A stretch of 64,000 nt of DNA from Cenococcum geophilum (GCA_050273025.1 CP158636.1:3100001-3164000), one strand, 5' to 3'. Counted from the first letter of the stretch, positions 13,383 to 25,750 are shown. Notes: generated by a model not told the origin, from the sequence alone. Translations and numbers: made by a program.

Positions 13383-14814
13383 TACAATGTCGACGAAATG
13401 CTGCCGAAGGCCACCACTAAAAACACCGAATATATATATATTTTGAGGAAGTTGAGAAAAAGTCGTGATGCATGACGTCACAGTTGTACGTTTCTGCCCT
13501 TCATTCATCAACCAGCTGCTGATTTTATAGGAAAATCCTCCATCAGAGTCCTCCCCCGAATTGTTACCACCCATAGGCTTTATACGCGTTCCTGATGTTG
13601 ATAAGGATAAGCCAATAGAGGATCAGCTTAAGGTTATAAGGGAGGACGTGTTATACACGTCAAATGAGGTGTATCAGGTGTTGCAGGTGGTTGAACGGTT
13701 CAATCAGCGATTGTTCGGTATAGAGGCTCGATTAAAGGCAATAGAGGAGGGCCTGAAGGAAGTCAAGAAAGGTGCTGCGGCAAAAGCTCAATTATCTTTG
13801 GAGTCTCAATATCGGAGGCGTGAGGAAGTAGAGGATCAAAAATAGTCACCTGATCGTCGCCTGCTGAACGGAGGCTGTCAGAGCACCGAAGGCACAGAGG
13901 AAGCCTACAAACCTCGCATTCGTATACTGTTCGCCTTATCTTCGCTGTGAGCTTCCTTGCCTACTTCCATCCAGCATCCAGCATCTTGGTGAGCCCTTAT
14001 AGCCATGCTTCTTTGTAAAGCCTTTGATACAGCGGTGAGTTCGCGTTTTACACCGTCGAATCGCAGGTAGTGGGGTTTTGACAGTGACGTAGGTGGTTTT
14101 TCGATTTGTTCCAATATTTTTATGAGCGGGTCCAACACCAGGTTGATATTGTCCATATTTTTGTAAGCTCGAACGGAGAAGGCGCTTAGTATCTTGCTCA
14201 TTTAGGCCCGTCTGCCGGCTGCCCGTAATAACGAGGTTCCGTGCTGATCGTATGCGGGGGCGGCGATGGGTTTGGGGGGTCTACTTGATGCCCGGGAGAT
14301 CTTGTTGATAATGCGGCTGCTCTCGAGGACTTTATTAGTGCATTCACACCGCCCCTTTCCGGCTCCCCCATTGAAATCCGTAACACTGCAATTTTAGCGT
14401 AGAGGGCGTCGTAGGTTGGGAACGTACGACTTTCTAGCAACAATAAGACTAATGTATACTTTGGTGGTATGTACAGCCTATGGATATTTGAAGTGCAAGG
14501 AATTTCTAGATACGCTTTGTTCCATATGCTATTGACGTGTACACCTCGTACAAGGGAAATCTTATTCCTTGATTAGACCTCAGTCATGTGCACTACAAGT
14601 TTAGCGTATATGGGTGTGTTGGGGTCATGATGTACATTGGGATTTACAAAACTGGTATGAAGTGTGTGGATACAAGAGTACCGCGGATTACGAGGCAGGT
14701 TTTAGATTTATTCGTAACGTCATTTCCAAGTTAGTAAAGGAAATGCCTTCTATGTGCATGTTGAATACCAAATCCCAACCCTGGAATGCAAATGCATCAT
14801 ATTAACGAAAACTC

Positions 14815-16679
14815 TCACAACTTGACCGGCCGAATATCATCTAAACTCTCATTCGGCCTACTCTTGTCATTTCTCCCACAACTCTTCTCACTTTCCTTCT
14901 CCAGCTCGCCCTCCCTCGGCGCCTTCTTCCCCTCTTCCGCCGCCAACTCATCCAGTACCTTCCCTCCGGCGCCTTTCTCCACATCCTCTCCACCTCTGTT
15001 CTCACCTAACTGCGTCTTCTCGGCGGTCTTCCCATCCGCCGACCCGACAACCTTCTTCCGCATGCTCCAACCTCCACTCCACCCCACCCAGCTCGTCTCC
15101 CACGGGCCCCTTATAAAGCAAAACAACAGGGCCGCGCCAATAAACCCGACGCTCGCGCTACCGCTCCGGGTCCACCCACCACTCGCATAGATATGGCTCC
15201 CCGCCGCGGTCCCCACCAGCTGCCCACAGAAGGTCGCGACCATGAACGCCGTGTTGACTCTATTGCGCGCTTTGGGCTCGATCGCGTAGATGGCGGAGCG
15301 GTTCGCGATCTGGGCGATCTGTGTGCCGAAGTCGTTGGCGAAGGCCTGGATGACGGGCCCCGCGACAGTAAAGGGGCCGAGGTAGGTGCCGAGGCAGGTG
15401 CCGAGCAGGCAGCACACCACGCCGACGATGACGGAGAGGTGTGGGACGAAGCGGTCTGTGACGAGACGCGCGTAGATGGGGCCCAGGAACATGGCGGCGA
15501 TGCCGATGAGTCCGAAGAGCCCGATGATTACAGGGTCGTAGCTGTAAGGGGGCGAAGCGAGAAGGAAAGTTAGGGTGGTCCAGAAGTTTGTGAAGGTGGC
15601 GGAGGTGAAGAAGGAGATGAAGCAGGCTTGGACGAGTACCGGGTACTTGGTTAGCATGACGGGGATGCTCCAGAGCATTGAGAAGTAGTTAAGTCCGCCC
15701 GGGTTAGCGGATGGGTAGTCGGGCATGAAGAGCCAGAGGAGGATGAAGATTGTATATTGTAAGCCGAGTGACATCCAGTAGACGCTGCGCCACGATACGT
15801 AGGTAGTTATGGTGCCAGATAGCACGCGTGCAACGAGGATTCCAAGCATGAAGCCAGAGGCCACGATGGAGAGTGCGGCAGCGCGTCTATGAGGAGGAGC
15901 GAGGTCACCAACTAGTGGAAGCATTAGTTGCGGCGTTACGGTCGTAACAGCTGTAATGAAGGAGATAGCAGTAAAGACGGCGAGTGAGCTCGTGACACAA
16001 AGGCCAATCCTGGGATTGTGATTAGCGAGTGACTGTTGATATAGGAAGAACGTATCTCTGAGGATATGAAGCAGAATCAATACAAGAGGAATGCAAAATT
16101 AATAATGCTTTCGGAGACTCTAGTAGACTTCCAAGGCCTTTCAGGAATTCCTGGAAATGCGCTTTATTATGAGGCAATCAAGGTCTCAGCCAATCTTTCT
16201 ACATTGATTCCGCTCCACACTTCAGATTGATTGGATAAGCCATACCACATTGTGGCGGTGAAGAGCACCAACAGGAGAACGAAAGGCCTTCTCTTAAACA
16301 AATCTCCTAAAGGACACAGGAAGAGCAGACCAAATGCATAACCGGCCTGCATTGCCGTGGGTATCTGGGAGATTCTCTCGTAAGGGACATTAAAGTCATG
16401 AGCAAGGATGTTAAGAATAGGATGGTTGTAATATAGATTCGCAACAGTAAAGGCGCCAGCAAAGGCAAAAAGGATGTTCAGGGGCATTGAGAACTCCGGG
16501 GGCTTCTCTGGGTCCCAGCAGCATCGCGGAGGTGTCCATGTTAGAACATTACGTATCTTTCGCCATAATGGGATTGAATTGGAGGTTTCGTGATGGGAGG
16601 TTGGAGATGTGGAGGCGGAGTTCGATGACGGTGTGGCTTGTGCGTTCCCCACAATATTCTCGCTAACTTCATCCGTCAT
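14815..16679 (-). CDS. Major facilitator superfamily transporter; exons 16679-16246 and 16009-14815
   Basis: ANLYYNHPIL, QAGYAFGLLFLCPLGDLFKRR, LVGDLAPPHRRAAAL, ARNRVNTAFM motifs and many TM segments. A GTATGG...CAG intron at 16245-16010 joins the frames. Confidence 0.92.
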
Positions 16680-17237
16680 CGCGTGCTTTGGTGTTTCATG
16701 TCCAAACGGCGTCTGAAATCGATTGCTTTGGAGTTTCAAGAGGACATTAGTAGCTTGCAAGTAAAACCATTGCCGGGTCTCCTCAATCCTAAATCCGGTG
16801 CCGATAACCGTAGATACATATTGTAACCTTGACCTTGTTATTATTTGGCCTTGGCCCGAGTGTTCATCGTGAAGATACCTACCTACCTAGGGCAGGGTAT
16901 GCACCAAGACCCGCTTCCAGACAACCCCAACGGTAATCGACTCCCCCACCAGCCGAGGGGTTCTCACTCAACATCACCAACATCAAAATTGTCTACTGTA
17001 CTCAAGGGTTGAACAAGTGTTTTTATAAATTTATTCACCGAACCCCCACGGTGATTATAATAAGTCGAAGTAACGATGAGCGCCAATCTCGTACCATTTT
17101 TGATATCATCTTCACCTGACTCCAAGAAACACCGACATTCACTTCGTACCACCGTAAGTCTAGTGAGCCGGAATGGGGATGAAGAACGTTAGACATTTGG
17201 TGTACCATTCTACGCAGCCGTCGCCTGTCTGCTGTAT

Positions 17238-18524
17238 TTATGAGTGAGATACCACGGACCATTCCGAGTCCGAGTGGTCTTGGTCGTCGAGCAGATCATA
17301 ACCATCTCTCTGATGAAAGTTGCGCTGTTGAATCTTCTCAGAACTAACAGCGGCGGGTGGCTGAGTACTTGGTTCACCAACAGTAGTAGAACCGCCTTCC
17401 TCTGTGGGCCCATCCTGCAGATTCTCCTCCATGTCACCGACAGTTGGCCTGACGGTAAGGAATGAGTCATCCAACCTTTCTTTCTGGAATTGGAGCAGCG
17501 GTTCGACATCGCTCTGATCTCTGGAATCTAGTTCAGCCTCTGAGGAGGCGTCACTTGGATGATCATCCTCAGACAAGTTTGGTTCTATCTTTGGACGATG
17601 AACCAAAGTAAAGCCCTGAGCCTCATCACTTGAAGACTCTCCGCCACCCATAGGACTATTCCTTCTCGTTTCTTTTGGTCTATGCACGAATGTATAGCCT
17701 GACTCTGGGGGTACTTTTCGTCGCTTCCGTTCGCGGGCCTCAACGTTGATGTCTGAATGAGGATCGTCACACCAAAGTTCGAAGAGGAAATCGCCAAGGG
17801 CAATTTTGTCCATCTCAGCATCAGGATGCGGGTTTGGTCGACAAACGGGGAGACGCACGATATCGATTGCTCCTGTAACTTAGGAATTAACAAACTACCA
17901 CTGTGATCGTCGTGTCATATGGGGCTTACCGTCATCTTCAAATCCCCGTTTGAAACTAGTACGGCAAAGGTCTCGATGGAAAGGTTGCAGCTCAAAAGCC
18001 GTCTGTCGGAATTCCTTGTTCGTTCCAAGGCCATGGTACAGGAAACAGAAAACACAATAATTCAGAATGGTGTCTATAAGCGGCTTTTGATCCGACAAAT
18101 GTGCATATATAAACCTGATAGCTAGGCACAGGTCAATTGGTGGTGTTGGTTGACTGCATGACAGTTCAGTTTCCCGGATGATATTCGCGTGTGCTAATAC
18201 TTGGAGCTCTGGCACTTCGAAATGGTCTGCCATTCGACAGAGTTCTGCGTGGACGAGCAATGAGCAAGGGACATCGTAGTCGAGATAGTTGCCTTGGTAC
18301 AAGAAGCGGAGGAAGCACACCACAATTTCCTGAGAGTTTGCTTCTATGATGGCCTTGGGTATATCGTTGGCGCCTATCTCAAAAGACAATTCAAGTAACG
18401 GACATCGCTGGCCAATGATAACAGTATCCAGGTTGTAGATTGTTAAGGCGATTCCATTGGGGGTGATGACCATGAGAGAAGCATTGCCGGGAGGGAAATT
18501 CTGCAGGAAGTCAAAATTAGCCAT
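17238..18524 (-). CDS. BTB/POZ-like domain protein with acidic disordered C-terminus; exons 18524-17930 and 17872-17238
   Basis: CFLRFLYQGNY and LLVHAELCRMADHFEVPELQ resemble fungal BTB proteins. A GTAAGC...CAG intron at 17929-17873 joins the two ORFs in frame. Confidence 0.8.
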
Positions 18525-19380
18525 CCTGGAATTCCTGCAGATAGCCTTCCACGATGTGAAGCTCAATGTGGGCCGACTTCTGAGAGCTGTTCAGGACGAA
18601 TGAGAGCTGTAGCTTGAGAACTGATATACGAAAAAGACCGCGGTTTCCTCACAGTGAAAAGTAAAGAGAGGAAGAAGAGGTTTGGGATCGATGGTCTGCA
18701 ACGTAATCTTTGAGCGGCAAGGCTGCGAGCTGAGCTGTTCACGTCGCCTTGCGAATTAGGCTGCAGCAGTGTGTCGAGGCTGGGAAGCTTTCAAGTATTG
18801 CTTCGACTAGATTTCAGCTATGATTCGAATTCCTTGTGCTTGCTATGACCAAATTCCGCCTGGACAGCGGTAACTTATGGCTGGTAGTCCTGCCTAAAAG
18901 CTTGTAGACGAGCGGGGCTTGTTCAGCTTGGTAAACAGCCACGGGATCAGCAAGCAGTGTGATGCGCGAAGCATGGTGGAGGAACCCTTGAGCGGAGCAT
19001 CACCATCATTGGGCTGTGGAAGCCACTGCCAGGATGCTGGGGCAGAGAAGACCTCCAGCCACAGTACCTTCTGCATGATGATTAATGATCAATAGCTTCC
19101 ATCACAGCCACGCAGCAGTAACAGGACTCTGTGCATTGTACCTATTCTAGAAGACTGGTGCTGGTCCAAGCTGCTAAGCTCAGCCCCTTACGCGACGCCT
19201 TAGTTAGCCCGTCTGGCGGGGCGGTCGTGAGCATCCACTGGGAAACCTGACGGGAGCCTTAGAAACCATCATTTCTTCCAGACCACTGGAATCTCCAACG
19301 CTGAATCTGCTCTTTATATTCTTTTACATGCCAGCAAACCATCCAAACCCTAAAATACGCAACCTTTATTACCGTTAAAA

Positions 19381-19828
19381 ATGGCGTGGTTCTCCATTCT
19401 TCCCGACAACCTTAGTGTTGTTGAGACCTGGGCAGCCCGTGTCTTCGTAGGTTGGCCTGAACATTCCAGCGCTCTCTTCAGCCGATTCAATGAGCTAACC
19501 ATGTTCGCTCTAATAGATATTCCTCGGTATGCTTACTATCGGGCCTTGGGCGGTGCTCCTTGTATATGACGTTCTCCTCTACGTCTGGCGGTCAATTACC
19601 CACGAAATACCATTTATCGGGGGCCGAGCTCGTGGAAAAGCTCGTCCACGAGCCCCGAGTCTTAAAGAAAGGCCTGACGGGCATCGCCGAAGATTCAGTC
19701 TCGCTCCAGCAACCTCACGAAATATCAGCTCTCTAGCTCGAACAACCGGAGACACTCGACCGGATGGTTCGGATTTGACTAGGCGATGCATCAACGAGGA
19801 TTACGAGGATAGCTCGTCGAGTACCTGA
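19381..19828 (+). CDS. Small (about 125 aa) uncharacterised membrane protein; exons 19381-19446 and 19517-19828
   Basis: MAWFSILP..RVF|IFLGMLTIGPWAVLLVYDVLLYVWR..GGRARG..RPRAPSL. Intron GTAGGT..GCTAAC..TAG keeps the frame. Confidence 0.82.
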
Positions 19829-22295
19829 GTTGAGAATACTTGTTTCGGGAGCAACTTGCAGAATCTACGGAATATGCTCCGCCAAAGATCTCCAGATCTT
19901 CATTGGGAATCCGTCATGCATTGGCCTAACGACCTTGGAGACGAGTAGAAAGAATCCCGGATACACGGTGTTGTGAGCTGAGAGCTAAGGACTCAACAAA
20001 CACGTCATACGGATACTCCTATTGTAACGACAGATATGTTTGCTCTTCACAGCTTCTCAGAGCTCGTTTGGCCAAGCCCCGCTTCACCTGCGAGCTGTCG
20101 ACTACCAGATTCTGCCCCATCTCTGATATATCAATGCCGCGAGGCCAGATCCCAACTCCCTGAGCAATTTTTTGATGAATTACTCTTCCGCATAAACAGA
20201 ATGACGGTTCAAAATACTTAGATGCTGTCTAGGCAGCTGCTGGAGGTTCCATGCTGCCACAAAGGAACTTAGACTGAAGTGCAATACCCACAAAGCATTT
20301 CGCATACTAGAAACTTCAGCAGAATCCTTTGAATTTTGGGGAATACAGCTCGCCTCGCGCGCTAAACCTGGTCTTTATAGGTTCTAACACCCCAACATGC
20401 AGTCTGACGCAGTGAATGAAGCCATTTCATGGACATATTCAGAATCCTAAGAATATCAAACTGTTTCAAACATGTTCTATGATTTGGTTCCCTCCAGTTT
20501 GTGCAATGACTCTGGAACATCCGGTCGTCTCCGGTGTGGAAAACCTCCGCTCTGGTCTTTGCTGATATCTGTTATACCAATCTCTCTAAATCGGGCCTGT
20601 TCTCGTCCTATCATTGAATAGTATCCCATCCCAGAGGAAATGTTTGCTCACTTGCACACCCCACACAGGTCAAGTTACGCCGAACGGTTCACAGTATTTG
20701 ACCGCCTCAGCTCGTGGTCAAAGCCACTTTCGACCTTTTCGCTTCGGAAACTACGTAATCATTGTCGAGGGCCCTCTATAGTACACTAACCGCCAACTGT
20801 GGAACAGAAGTAATTTACCAAATCCAGTCTAACCAATGCTCGTTTGTTCTAACACATGATGCTTATTTTCGAAGTCATCGATATGCACCTACTTTCTACC
20901 GTGCTTCTGTTATGCTGTGTCATTCCAGCCGTTCGTTTATAGTGTTATATTCATTTTAATTTCGAGTTTGCGTCAACGAGCTCGGGGAGTTTGCCCATTC
21001 ACCAAATACTATAAGGCATCCGTTGGCTCTATAAAGAATTGGCAGCTCCTCTCCCATCTCCAACCTTTGCACAATTGCTCGAAATTACGAGTTTCAGAGC
21101 CTCGGTTATTCCTTCCACGATAGCCTCTCTACGTCCACTATTATCTCTTGATGACTACCATCGATCCTCACCTCCGTCGCCTTACGAGATGGACCCTCGA
21201 GATCCCCGTAGTATGAATGCCGCCTTCGACGCGTGTCGAATGGGTATGGACGGCCTAGAATATTTTGGAGCAATAGGGATGGGGCCCTTCGCGAATCGTT
21301 CGCACTCACGAGGACCTTATCCACCTGGATACGACCAAGAAATAATGATGGGTGGCAACTAGCAAAATACTGATGATCTTGTGCGAAGGTTGAAAACATC
21401 TTATGAGAAAACATGCATGCAGCAACACTGACGCTCATTTTCCTCCTAGAACAAATCTTCTTTGCGCAGTTCGTTAATGGACAAATCACTTGCGCTGCAA
21501 GATGCGGTCGGCTGCAGCCAAAAATGTGTGCCGATGGTAGATTTCCTCTCGATTTCCGCACAAAACAGTGGAAGAAGTCAAAGTTATGGACCGTATGTAA
21601 AGAATTCTATCTACGTATTTAAGCCCTCTCATCATACTTATAGCCACGGCGTTGGATCGCACTCTCCGAGCATATGTGCTACCAACTAGCCTGCGCTCTC
21701 TTCAGCTTACCTCTTGTAATCTCGTCAGCACGAAGATAGTACATCAAGCAAAGCTCTGCACATTATTCGGCTTCCTAGGCGCAGTACTAATATCAGCATG
21801 AGCGCATGGAGAGGAGTGCCCTCATGCCGTATTAGTCATTAAGTCGCATATACGTCATTGTCGTACGTGCTGTTTCATGTGATTTTTAGAAGTTAAATAA
21901 GTCTCTTCTATAGAGACTACCTCACCTGGACTGGTCATAGTAGAACTTAGTAGAATATAGTAGAAGACGCGCTCTAGCACTATTATATGCCCTATATATA
22001 ATACAGTACCTATTAACCTAGTAACTAAGTAATATAATATACCCCTTTCCTTCTATTTTCTTGCTTTCTTTCTCTACACAACGTCTTAACTTTACCACGT
22101 AGTCTATATACATAGCTTAATAATATCTACTTCGCTATATATTATTGTCGCTTATACTTACTTTATAATATAAGGTTTATTTAATATGCGTGCTTATTAT
22201 AAGACTTATACTTCTTACTTAAGTAGTAACTAAAGGGTTTTATTAAATTAATAATACTTTATAAATTAGCTACCGTTTTAGCTAGCTATAAGGGA

Positions 22296-22613
22296 TATTA
22301 CTAGGGTATACTATATAGAGTAAGTAAGCCAGGTATAAGTTATAGAAGAGTTAATAGAAGAGGACGATGATATAGTAAAGAGTAGGATATAGTGATACCC
22401 TCGTATAGTACGGTAGGGTAGACCGTTCCCTAGTTCGCTTCGGCTACGGTGCGTTAGCACCCCTTTGTATATAGACTCTATTAGGCAGAGAAGTCACGAA
22501 GGATAAGAATATATACTTGTCTTAACATACTTAGACCACACAGGGAGGCCTATACCTATATACCCAGCCCATTAATAAGTCTACCGTAGTATTTCCTACA
22601 AGGCTTCGTTACA
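22296..22613 (+). mobile_element. Divergent LTR remnant related to the gypsy family LTR; left end uncertain
   Basis: 22550-22613 (..CCCATTAA..ACCGTAGTATTTCCTACAAGGCTTCGTTACA) aligns with the last ~60 nt of the family LTR (e.g. 59860-59921). RIP signature; no clean 5-bp TSD. Confidence 0.6.
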
Positions 22614-22813
22614 GTTTTAGCTATTTCGGCGTTATTAATATCGCCTATCTAGGCGTTAGGTAAAAACTAAGGATTATTTTAGAACTGTGCTAGGAACGTA
22701 TTAGTTTTAGTAAAGGCGCGTATAAGTCGCGATTACTCTAGGGCGGAGGTTAATTAGCTAGGGTATAAGGAATTAGTAATCGCGATAGGGCGCAAATTAA
22801 ATATATTATAAAC

Positions 22814-23000
22814 TATTACAGTGCTACAATAAAGTAGACTAAATAACTACGTTGTGGTATAAAGAGGAGAAGAAGGTGGAAAGGGGGTATTGTATATAAA
22901 TAGTAGGGCCGGCCACCGAGGCACTAGTAGTGGGCTAGCCAACAGTAGGAAATAGTACGAGACAGTATGAAACAGTATGCGTTAGGTCAGTGCCGTAACA
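22814..23000 (-). mobile_element. Probable short (187 bp) LTR remnant of another family within a RIP-degraded relic cluster (about 21930-23040)
   Basis: Minus strand begins TGTTACGG and ends TGTAATA (RIP form of ..ACA), with TATA then a pyrimidine tract. No TSD. Confidence 0.45.
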
Positions 23001-23078
23001 CTTATATTAATTTCGTTAAAGTTAATAGTTTGCCTTATATAAATAGAGCGGCTTAGCTTCTAAGAGCTTGTTAAAGTG

Positions 23079-23174
23079 GCTTAGACCAAGGAACAGATGG
23101 ATCGATCGAATAGGTTAGCTTGCGGATATTCGATAATCCGCGCAGCGGACATTCATCGGTTTCTTGGTCTGAGC
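23079..23174 (+). repeat. 24-bp imperfect inverted repeat (hairpin)
   Basis: 23079-23102 pairs with 23151-23174: 20 Watson-Crick pairs, 3 G-U, 1 mismatch. Confidence 0.75.
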
Positions 23175-23264
23175 ATGCTGAGACAAAATATATACAACAA
23201 GAGAAGCTATCACGTAATCTCAGGAAGCTCCCATAGATATCCACGTACCCTACCAATATGGCGC

Positions 23265-23274
23265 AAAAAAAAAA
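23265..23274 (-). terminator. Pol III oligo-T terminator of the tRNA gene
   Basis: T10 on the minus strand, 6 nt after the discriminator base. Confidence 0.85.
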
Positions 23275-23280
23275 TAAACT

Positions 23281-23419
23281 CGACAGAGGCAAGGATCGAA
23301 CTTGCGCGCCCGAAGGCATTAGATACCATGAATTTTTCAAGTCTAACCCATTAACCACTATACTTATTTTAGCAAGAGCTCTAACTCGGGCGGGGCCACG
23401 TTACCTCTGGCACTCTGCC
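23281..23419 (-). tRNA. tRNA-Ser(UGA) with canonical 11-nt intron (23335-23325) and an extra 47-nt D-loop insertion (23404-23358)
   Basis: Joined sequence GGCAGAG TG CCAG AGTGGTTA ATGG G TTAGA CTTGAAA TCTAA TGCCTTCGGGCGC GCAAG TTCGATC CTTGC CTCTGTC G: 7-bp acceptor stem, D, anticodon, long variable and T arms all pair. Anticodon 23339-23337, G73 discriminator. Confidence 0.9.
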
Positions 23420-23445
23420 TTTAGCTAGGAATGAGAGCTGCAAAG

Positions 23446-23457
23446 ATTTAAATAATA
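23446..23457 (-). promoter_or_regulatory. TATA-like element at -27 to -38 of the tRNA gene
   Basis: TATTATTTAAAT at the usual TFIIIB/TBP distance; function inferred from position only. Confidence 0.45.
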
Positions 23458-23892
23458 CATTTTCTTAAAAATTTTGCGCTTACTCCAGTTATTCTTTTTC
23501 TCCAATGTAAGCCATTTAGTTCTCTTTACGTAGAGCACATAAAAACACTACCAATTAAGTTACAAGCATAGAGAATTTTCCCAGAATCAGGAGGTATATA
23601 TTTGGCTTACCTACCCGACAGCCTAGACTTACCGTGCGGTATTCCGTCCTCCTCTATACCTTAATCCACCCAGCTATATTATGGTACTGTTGGCAGCATA
23701 AGTACTCAGATGTAGGGGCTTAGTGTACCCCTACTACTAGTACTAAGCTGAGCGCACTTATTGGATGCAGGAGATAGAGAATAGGGGACCTAGGTTGGGC
23801 CCTTAGGATAAGGCACCTAGATCTTTTTCTACACGTCCCGCTGTTCCTTTGGGGTGGAAATCATGCTGCAAGCAGGAGGACCGCAGGCGTAT

Positions 23893-23910
23893 ACACACAC
23901 ACACACACAC
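23893..23910. repeat. (AC)9 microsatellite
   Basis: Direct reading. Confidence 0.9.
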
Positions 23911-24129
23911 AGGGCATTCAAATGGGAGCAAGGGCAGGATAACTCAAATTTACGGCATTTACAAATTAAATGGAAGCATGGTACGAATGGCAGACAGGGC
24001 AATATAGGCAATCTGGAGATCAAGTCTTGGTCCAGGAGACCGTCTCCGAGCGGTGACCTACGGTGCCTTTTCCTCTCGTCGATGTAGTACAGGTGCTACC
24101 TGGAAGGATACATGCTGTATTGCCACTCA

Positions 24130-24568
24130 CGTCTCCCTTGGAGGTTTTTTGTACCTAACTTAACGGTATTCGTCTGCATGGACCGGAACGGGGATCAGAC
24201 ATTAAGTAAGAATAAATATATATATATTTGGCTTTACCGAAAGCGTTAAGCAGTGTACTTTTTGCCTTTATTTTTATGCGATTAAACACTTTGCGAACCC
24301 CATCTTCTGTGAAATTAGGGATAGGCTCGACGATATCCTTATACTTCTCGCTTCTCACTAAATGCTCGTTGAGAGACAATATGGGCTTAGATACTTGGGT
24401 TAAGATACTTTCGCCGTATTTGGCTTCCAATCGTCGCACTTCGACACTTCATTAAGTTATCAATACAATCAGCTCAGCCACCATTAGTAAAGTAAGTTTA
24501 TCCAAGCTATCAGTCTCATCATTCTTATAGGGCTTATTGTGTTTGCAAGTAGTAATTCTAGAGGACAT
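24130..24568 (-). pseudogene. Probable damaged gene of unknown function next to the TE block; 3' extent unclear
   Basis: ATG at 24568 is in frame with the 24439 ORF across adjacent TAA TGA stops (possible CAA CGA). Candidate intron 24237-24174 (GTAAAG..CTGAT..CAG). Confidence 0.4.
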
Positions 24569-25750
24569 TATTATTACTATACTAAGTAAATAATAAAGAC
24601 TTTAATAAATCTTTATAAGGACCTCTATATAATAGCAAAACTAGTATAAGGAAAAATTAAAAGGTATTATAATACTAAGAGATCTAAGGGACTAGATCTT
24701 AAGGAGGGGAATAAAGTATAGCTATTATATAAAGATTTTAGAAGTTATATATTAACTAAACTTACTAATAAAGATAAAAATCTACCCTATATAGTATATC
24801 GCGATACTAGAGCTAGTATACGGAGATATTAAGCCACTAGTCTATAAAGCAGATATATATAAAGGACAAAAAGAAAATAAATAGTAAGTTTAAAGAATTA
24901 TTAGTTATAAGGATATAGATAATAAAATATAGTATAAGGTTAAGTAAATAGGCTATAATAATAATTTATTGCTTAACGTCCAATTTAGATCCCTATTGGG
25001 CCTACGCGGACTACTCCTTATATATATATGGGGAGAAAACTCTATTTAAGAAAACCCCGTAATCTATCTTTCTGCCTTTTAGGACTCGCCTATAAAGCGC
25101 CTGCGGGGCGCCTATAAGTTACCTATAGTGCTCCTACTACCTTACTTTTTAACCTTTTTAGGAACTACTGCTGCCGTAACAAGCTTACGGACGCGCTAGT
25201 ATCGCAAACTTTACTCTACTACTGTAGAGTTATTAAGGGGCGCCGTTACTCGCCTTTCTACCCTTTATTACTATTTCCCTTATAACCTAAAACTGGTTTA
25301 GTATATTTTAGCTAATAAGCCACTAGGTAACCGCCTTAAGGCCTTTTTATATTAAGAGTAGTATATTATAGTTCTCTATACTAGCTACTAAAAGTATTAC
25401 TTCTTAGTTAGTATATAAGGGGCATAATAGTATTATATATTTTAGTGTCTGTCTTAGCTAGCTATATTTATATCTTAGGCTACCTATTAAGATACCTACC
25501 TAGTAGAGCCAGTCTTTTAGTCCTATTATTCCTATTCTTAAGAATATTACTATTATATTTTCTACCTTTATTAGGCCTTCTTAGAGCCCTAGAGTATTTA
25601 CCCCCTATAGCATTAACTATACTATAGCTTAGGTTCTTCTTACTTTAGTTAGCCTCTATACCTTTAACTCCTATATACCTCTTTAGCATTAGTCTAACTA
25701 GTATTATATTATAGTGGATAGTTTTTTAGCATTCTTTTATACTCTACTTT

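Noticed and set aside
13561..14443. Short coiled-coil-like ORF (+) and two abutting ORFs (-)
   Set aside because: Possibly gene fragments, but I could not build a supported gene model or assign a family.
14786..15573. Plus-strand ORFs of 134 and 126 aa
   Set aside because: Antisense shadows of the MFS gene.
21039..21689. Cluster of short ORFs including MDPRDPRSMNAAF...
   Set aside because: No consistent exon chain or recognisable domain; it may be a small orphan gene but is unsupported.
22275..22623. 10-bp direct repeat GTTTTAGCTA flanking the LTR remnant
   Set aside because: Wrong length for an LTR TSD and the enclosed sequence does not start with TG; may be chance in AT-rich DNA.
21990..22900. 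Possible long Mutator-type inverted repeats
   Set aside because: Similarity is limited to short purine/pyrimidine tracts and is better explained by oppositely oriented LTR relics; no TSD.
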